Source of the DNA: an uncultured Gammaproteobacteria bacterium
GTDB taxonomy: Bacteria > Pseudomonadota > Gammaproteobacteria > Arenicellales > Arenicellaceae
Length of the DNA: 64,000 nucleotides
NCBI GenBank assembly: GCA_964420885.1
Contig: CAYQVT010000001.1
Span: forward strand, 1,848-65,847
Direction of reading: 5' to 3'
Positions within the stretch are counted from its first letter, which is position 1. Every line of letters begins with the position of its first letter. The notes below the pieces were generated by a model. The model made no database searches. It was not told the DNA's origin and saw only the letters and a program-made list of their open reading frames with translations. Positions 60,408 through 64,000 of this stretch are shown in pieces. The translations under genes were made by a program, and so were the position numbers.

Positions 60408-61859
60408 CTACTTATAGGAAGTGAATGTTCGGTACTTGCCTAATGCGAGTAAAGGGATCGACCCTACTACGAGCAATATGCCTGCGGTAGTCAACGCCGT
60501 ACTCCAACTGCCTGTCGTCGCAACATCGGCCATGATCTTGGGCCCGAAGCCAGCCCCTAAGGCAAAGAAAGCATAGAGAAAGCCGTAAATCGCTGAGTAG
60601 CTGCGCATACCAAAATACTTGGTAACTAAATACGCTAGAAAGTCATATTCTACGCCGGCACCGAAGCCGATCATCAATATGGCGATGCGCGCTGATTGAG
60701 GCGTTAGTTCGGGCGACGCCAATAAGTAGAACGCAATTGCTGGCGATGCTAAAAAAATGAAGGCCACACCAGGGGCCCAAAATTTATCGATTAAAAAGCC
60801 TCCAATCAAACGTCCGCCTAAAACTGCCAGGCCTGTTAAGCCCGCGAGGGCTACCGCATCGGCAATGTCGAAGCCTTGTGCGCTTAAAATTTGTTCAAGA
60901 TTCGGGATAATAGCCCCTAGAGAATAAGAAATAGGTACGATGCAAATACACAATAGCCATAGGCGCCATTCTTTGAATGATTGTTTAAGAGTCAAGCCTG
61001 GTAGGCGTTCGCCTGCTTGTAGCTTGTAGCGAACGATTGGCTCTGTGCCTATTTTTCCAAACATGAAACCCAAGACTGGTAAAGCGGTGATGATCAGGAA
61101 TGGAAATACAATGGCGTATTCAAGTCGTAGACCGTTTTTAGCGATTTGCGGCAATATAAACTGCAAATTTAGCCAGACAAGAGCCGTGAAGCCAGTTAAG
61201 GCTGGCAACATGATTAAAAGTTTGAACTTGGTTAATACTGAATCCCGTGCTGGTGTGTCATCGACGTCTCTAATACCAAGTAACGCGATCGGGAAGGCAA
61301 TCAATATAGGTAGCAAACCCAAGGCGATATAGGCGGTGCGCCAATCGTATAAAGTTACAATTTCTTGGGCAAAATATTTTGCCAATGTGCCGAACATGCC
61401 TGTGGCAATCAATGCAATACCCAGCGCTTTACCTCGGTGCTTTTCAAAGGCGTTATTGACTGCACGAGTGAACGTTACTGGTAAGGTGCCCGCACCAAAA
61501 ATCGAGATTAAACCCCAAAGAAATAAGTAAAGAGCTTTGTCGCCGGTATGCAGCGATTGGGCCATCATGGCGAATCCAAAAAGAATAATTGACACCAGCG
61601 ATACCAAGCGTGCGCCAAACTTGTCGGCTAAGCTGCCGATCAGCGGCGCCATAAAAAAGGCAGTAATCGTATAAATAGGGAACGCTAAAAACACATCGCC
61701 TAATCCCCAATTGAACTCTTGCATAATTGGGCCTGCCATGACGCCTAAGGTATAAAATGGCAGTGGCGACATACCGAGCCCAATTCCCACTGCTGAGGCC
61801 GACATTACTGGCCAACCGCTGGCGAATTCGTTTTGCCCAGATGCTGTGTTATCACTCAT
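60408..61859 (-). CDS. MFS transporter (OFA-like) with an extra hydrophobic insertion
   Basis: GSLADKFGAR, RGKALGIAL and YFGMRSYSAIYG motifs. Confidence 0.88.
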   Translation of the reverse strand: MSDNTASGQNEFASGWPVMSASAVGIGLGMSPLPFYTLGVMAGPIMQEFNWGLGDVFLAFPIYTITAFFMAPLIGSLADKFGARLVSLVSIILFGFAMMAQSLHTGDKALYLFLWGLISIFGAGTLPVTFTRAVNNAFEKHRGKALGIALIATGMFGTLAKYFAQEIVTLYDWRTAYIALGLLPILIAFPIALLGIRDVDDTPARDSVLTKFKLLIMLPALTGFTALVWLNLQFILPQIAKNGLRLEYAIVFPFLIITALPVLGFMFGKIGTEPIVRYKLQAGERLPGLTLKQSFKEWRLWLLCICIVPISYSLGAIIPNLEQILSAQGFDIADAVALAGLTGLAVLGGRLIGGFLIDKFWAPGVAFIFLASPAIAFYLLASPELTPQSARIAILMIGFGAGVEYDFLAYLVTKYFGMRSYSAIYGFLYAFFALGAGFGPKIMADVATTGSWSTALTTAGILLVVGSIPLLALGKYRTFTSYK

Positions 61860-61892
61860 CTCTCTACACTCCGTATAGATATCTTTATAGTG

Positions 61893-62816
61893 TTAGTACG
61901 GCCAAGACTTAGGCAGACCTGCTTCGGGAGTGAAGCCATACAACGGTTCATTTGGCAATGCTCGTTGTATCAAGTTTCGTACTTCTATTAGTTTGTTTAA
62001 ATCGATGCCAGTGTTTAAGCCCATTGATTCGAGCATGAATACCAGGTCTTCAGTGACGATATTACCGCTTGCTCCGGGTGCCCAGGGGCAGCCGCCAATT
62101 CCGCCAAGCGAGCTATCTAAGGTTGTCATGCCCAGTTCGACAGCCATCAATGCATTAGCGAGGCCTTGACCACGAGTATTATGTAAGTGCACGCCATTTA
62201 ATGATTCGCGACCACAATGTTGCCAAATGCTTTGGCTTAAGCGTTTTAATTGGGCCGGGTTGCCTACTCCTGTCGTGTCCGATAAGCCAACTTCATCGAC
62301 GCCGAGTTCGATAAGCGATTCGGCCATTCTAACGACAGTGCTTTCTTCAACTTTTCCTTCAATGGTACAGCCGAAGGCAGTTGACAAGCCAACTTCGAGG
62401 CTTGGACGATTGTCACTCTCAAGTTGTTGAATATGGGCAACGCATTTTCGTATTTCCTCTAACATTTGCGGGTGAGTCTTGTTGACGTTTTTAACTGAAT
62501 GCGTCTCGCTCATCGAGAAGGGAATTGATATTTTGTCCGCACCATTTTCTACCGCCGCTTTAACTCCGTGTAAATTTGGAGCGAGTACGGCAACCGTTAG
62601 GCCATTTATTGATGCGGCATATCGTGTAATTTCAGCCGTATCCGCGAGTTGTGGGAGCAGTCTTGCAGGTACAAATGAGCCCACTTCAATCTCGCTGGTT
62701 CCCGCTTGATACTGAGATTTTATCCATCTTTTTTTCGCCTCGGTGGGCATGATTTTCGTAATGCTTTGTAAGCCATCTCTTGGGCCAACTTCGCTAATTT
62801 GGATATCTATGGTCAT
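61893..62816 (-). CDS. HMG-CoA lyase family acyl-CoA lyase, second paralogue
   Basis: EVGPRDGLQS, DTTG, HLHNTRG and GGCPWAPGASGN motifs. Confidence 0.9.
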   Translation of the reverse strand: MTIDIQISEVGPRDGLQSITKIMPTEAKKRWIKSQYQAGTSEIEVGSFVPARLLPQLADTAEITRYAASINGLTVAVLAPNLHGVKAAVENGADKISIPFSMSETHSVKNVNKTHPQMLEEIRKCVAHIQQLESDNRPSLEVGLSTAFGCTIEGKVEESTVVRMAESLIELGVDEVGLSDTTGVGNPAQLKRLSQSIWQHCGRESLNGVHLHNTRGQGLANALMAVELGMTTLDSSLGGIGGCPWAPGASGNIVTEDLVFMLESMGLNTGIDLNKLIEVRNLIQRALPNEPLYGFTPEAGLPKSWPY

Positions 62817-62874
62817 TTAATTTACTGCTAGCGGTTGTAGCTTCTGGTCTATTAAGTTTTAGTTTGGCTTTAAA

Positions 62875-63025
62875 TGTTATATTGTTATATCATAATAACA
62901 TATGTTTTGATGATCGCTACTGTTTTAGGCATTTTGATCGACAAAATAGCTTGAATATTAGCCGTTTAGGGTCGAATTTAGGATTCAGGCTTGCTTAAAT
63001 GTATTATTGATATATCATAATAACA
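62875..63025. promoter_or_regulatory. 26-bp cluster operators, sites 7 and 8
   Basis: TGTTATATTGTTATATCATAATAACA (62875) and TGTATTATTGATATATCATAATAACA (63000). Confidence 0.7.
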
Positions 63026-63087
63026 ATAGGTTATGTTTGGCGCATGATCTTTATTAGCGGCTTTTACGTGAATTGCAGGAGCCTGAA

Positions 63088-64000
63088 TTGACTTTAAATT
63101 ATGGAAAGACTGCTGTGCATCAAAACGACTTACCCCTATCAGGCATAAAAGTTATTGAATTTACCCATATGGTTATGGGCCCCGCTGCTGGCGTGATTTT
63201 GGCTGATTTGGGTGCAGAAGTGATTAAGGTTGAACCGATTAACGGCGATAACACTCGACGTCTGAAGGGGTCTGGTGCAGGCTACTTTCCGATGTACAAC
63301 CGCAACAAGAAAAGCATTAGTGTCGATGTTAAATCGAGCGACGGCCTAAAAATTGTCAAGCGGCTAATAGAATCTGCCGATGTCTTGATTGAAAATTTCC
63401 GCCCAGGCGCAATGGCTAAGCTCGGACTTGGCTATGATGATTTGAGTGAGGCTAACCCTCGATTGGTATATTGCTCCTTGAAAGGTTTTCTTTCTGGCCC
63501 ATATCAACATCGCACTGCTCTGGATGAGGTCGTGCAAATGATGGGAGGCTTGGCGTACATGACCGGTTTGCCTGATCGTCCGATGCGCGCTGGTTCATCA
63601 GTGATCGATATCGCTGGAGGCATGTTCGGCGTGATTGGAATTTTGTCGGCGATAGAGAAGCGGCACGTCACTGGAAAGGGTGAATTGGTATCTAGCTCAC
63701 TATTTGAAACTACCGCGTTTATGGTTGGCCAGCACATGGCTCAAGAGGCGGTTTCAGGCGAAGCGCCTTTACCGATGTCGGTACGGCAATCCGCTTGGTC
63801 GGTCTACGATATCTTTGAGTGTAATGATGACGAAAAAGTCTTTGTTGGCGTTGTCAGTGATGCCCTATGGAAACTATTTTGCAGTGAGTTTGAACTTACT
63901 GGGTTTCAGCAAGACCGTTCACTTGATAGCAATAATCAACGAGTAGAACAGCGTGAGCGTATTTTGCCTGTAGTAAAAAAGTTATTTAGGAGTATGTCCG
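63088..64000 (+). CDS. Family III CoA transferase (CaiB/BaiF), second paralogue, truncated by the window end
   Basis: Not in the ORF track; manual translation gives LPLSGIKVIEFTHMVMGP, LADLGAEVIKVEP, NRNKKS and ENFRPG. TTG 63088 follows AGGAG; alternative GTG at 63115. Confidence 0.9.
   Translation, partial: MTLNYGKTAVHQNDLPLSGIKVIEFTHMVMGPAAGVILADLGAEVIKVEPINGDNTRRLKGSGAGYFPMYNRNKKSISVDVKSSDGLKIVKRLIESADVLIENFRPGAMAKLGLGYDDLSEANPRLVYCSLKGFLSGPYQHRTALDEVVQMMGGLAYMTGLPDRPMRAGSSVIDIAGGMFGVIGILSAIEKRHVTGKGELVSSSLFETTAFMVGQHMAQEAVSGEAPLPMSVRQSAWSVYDIFECNDDEKVFVGVVSDALWKLFCSEFELTGFQQDRSLDSNNQRVEQRERILPVVKKLFRSMS

Noticed and set aside
54931-62816. HMG-CoA lyases as leucine (liu) catabolism
   Set aside because: No liuA-D; each is paired with a CaiB transferase instead
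431-63946. Numerous 60-140 aa ORFs overlapping longer genes (e.g. 431-796, 23382-23735, 43894-44316, 61453-61815, 63680-63946)
   Set aside because: Antisense or off-frame shadows of well-supported genes, with no recognisable motifs

Overview
Bacterial DNA, most likely from a marine Gammaproteobacterium (inferred from gene content), in three blocks. (1) About 0.4-15 kb is an alginate utilisation locus: TonB-dependent receptor, PL17 and PL6 lyases, FadR-type GntR, kdgF, ExuT-like MFS, DEH-reductase-like SDR and kdgK. Two convergent pseudogenes (MATE and uxuA) joined by a deletion sit inside it. (2) About 15-37 kb is a patchwork of unrelated modules: CPBP protease, acyl-CoA synthetase, a Zur-box/His-CxxC leader/TonB receptor/DUF3526-ABC operon, serine hydrolase, GrpB, a LysR redox module and an acyltransferase. 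Three ~115 bp palindromic repeats and several short degenerate sites lie at module boundaries. (3) About 37-64 kb, continuing past the window, is a large uncharacterised catabolic cluster united by eight copies of a 26-bp operator near a HutC-type GntR gene. It holds duplicated cyclic-amide hydrolases, maleamate-amidase-like enzymes, CoA transferases and HMG-CoA-lyase-like enzymes, a LeuCD-like hydratase, and three enzymes lacking their canonical catalytic residues. My best hypothesis is degradation of substituted maleimides/maleamates, possibly from tetrapyrroles. No rRNA, tRNA, CRISPR array or intact transposase/integrase was seen. All family calls come from motif recognition, not database searches.
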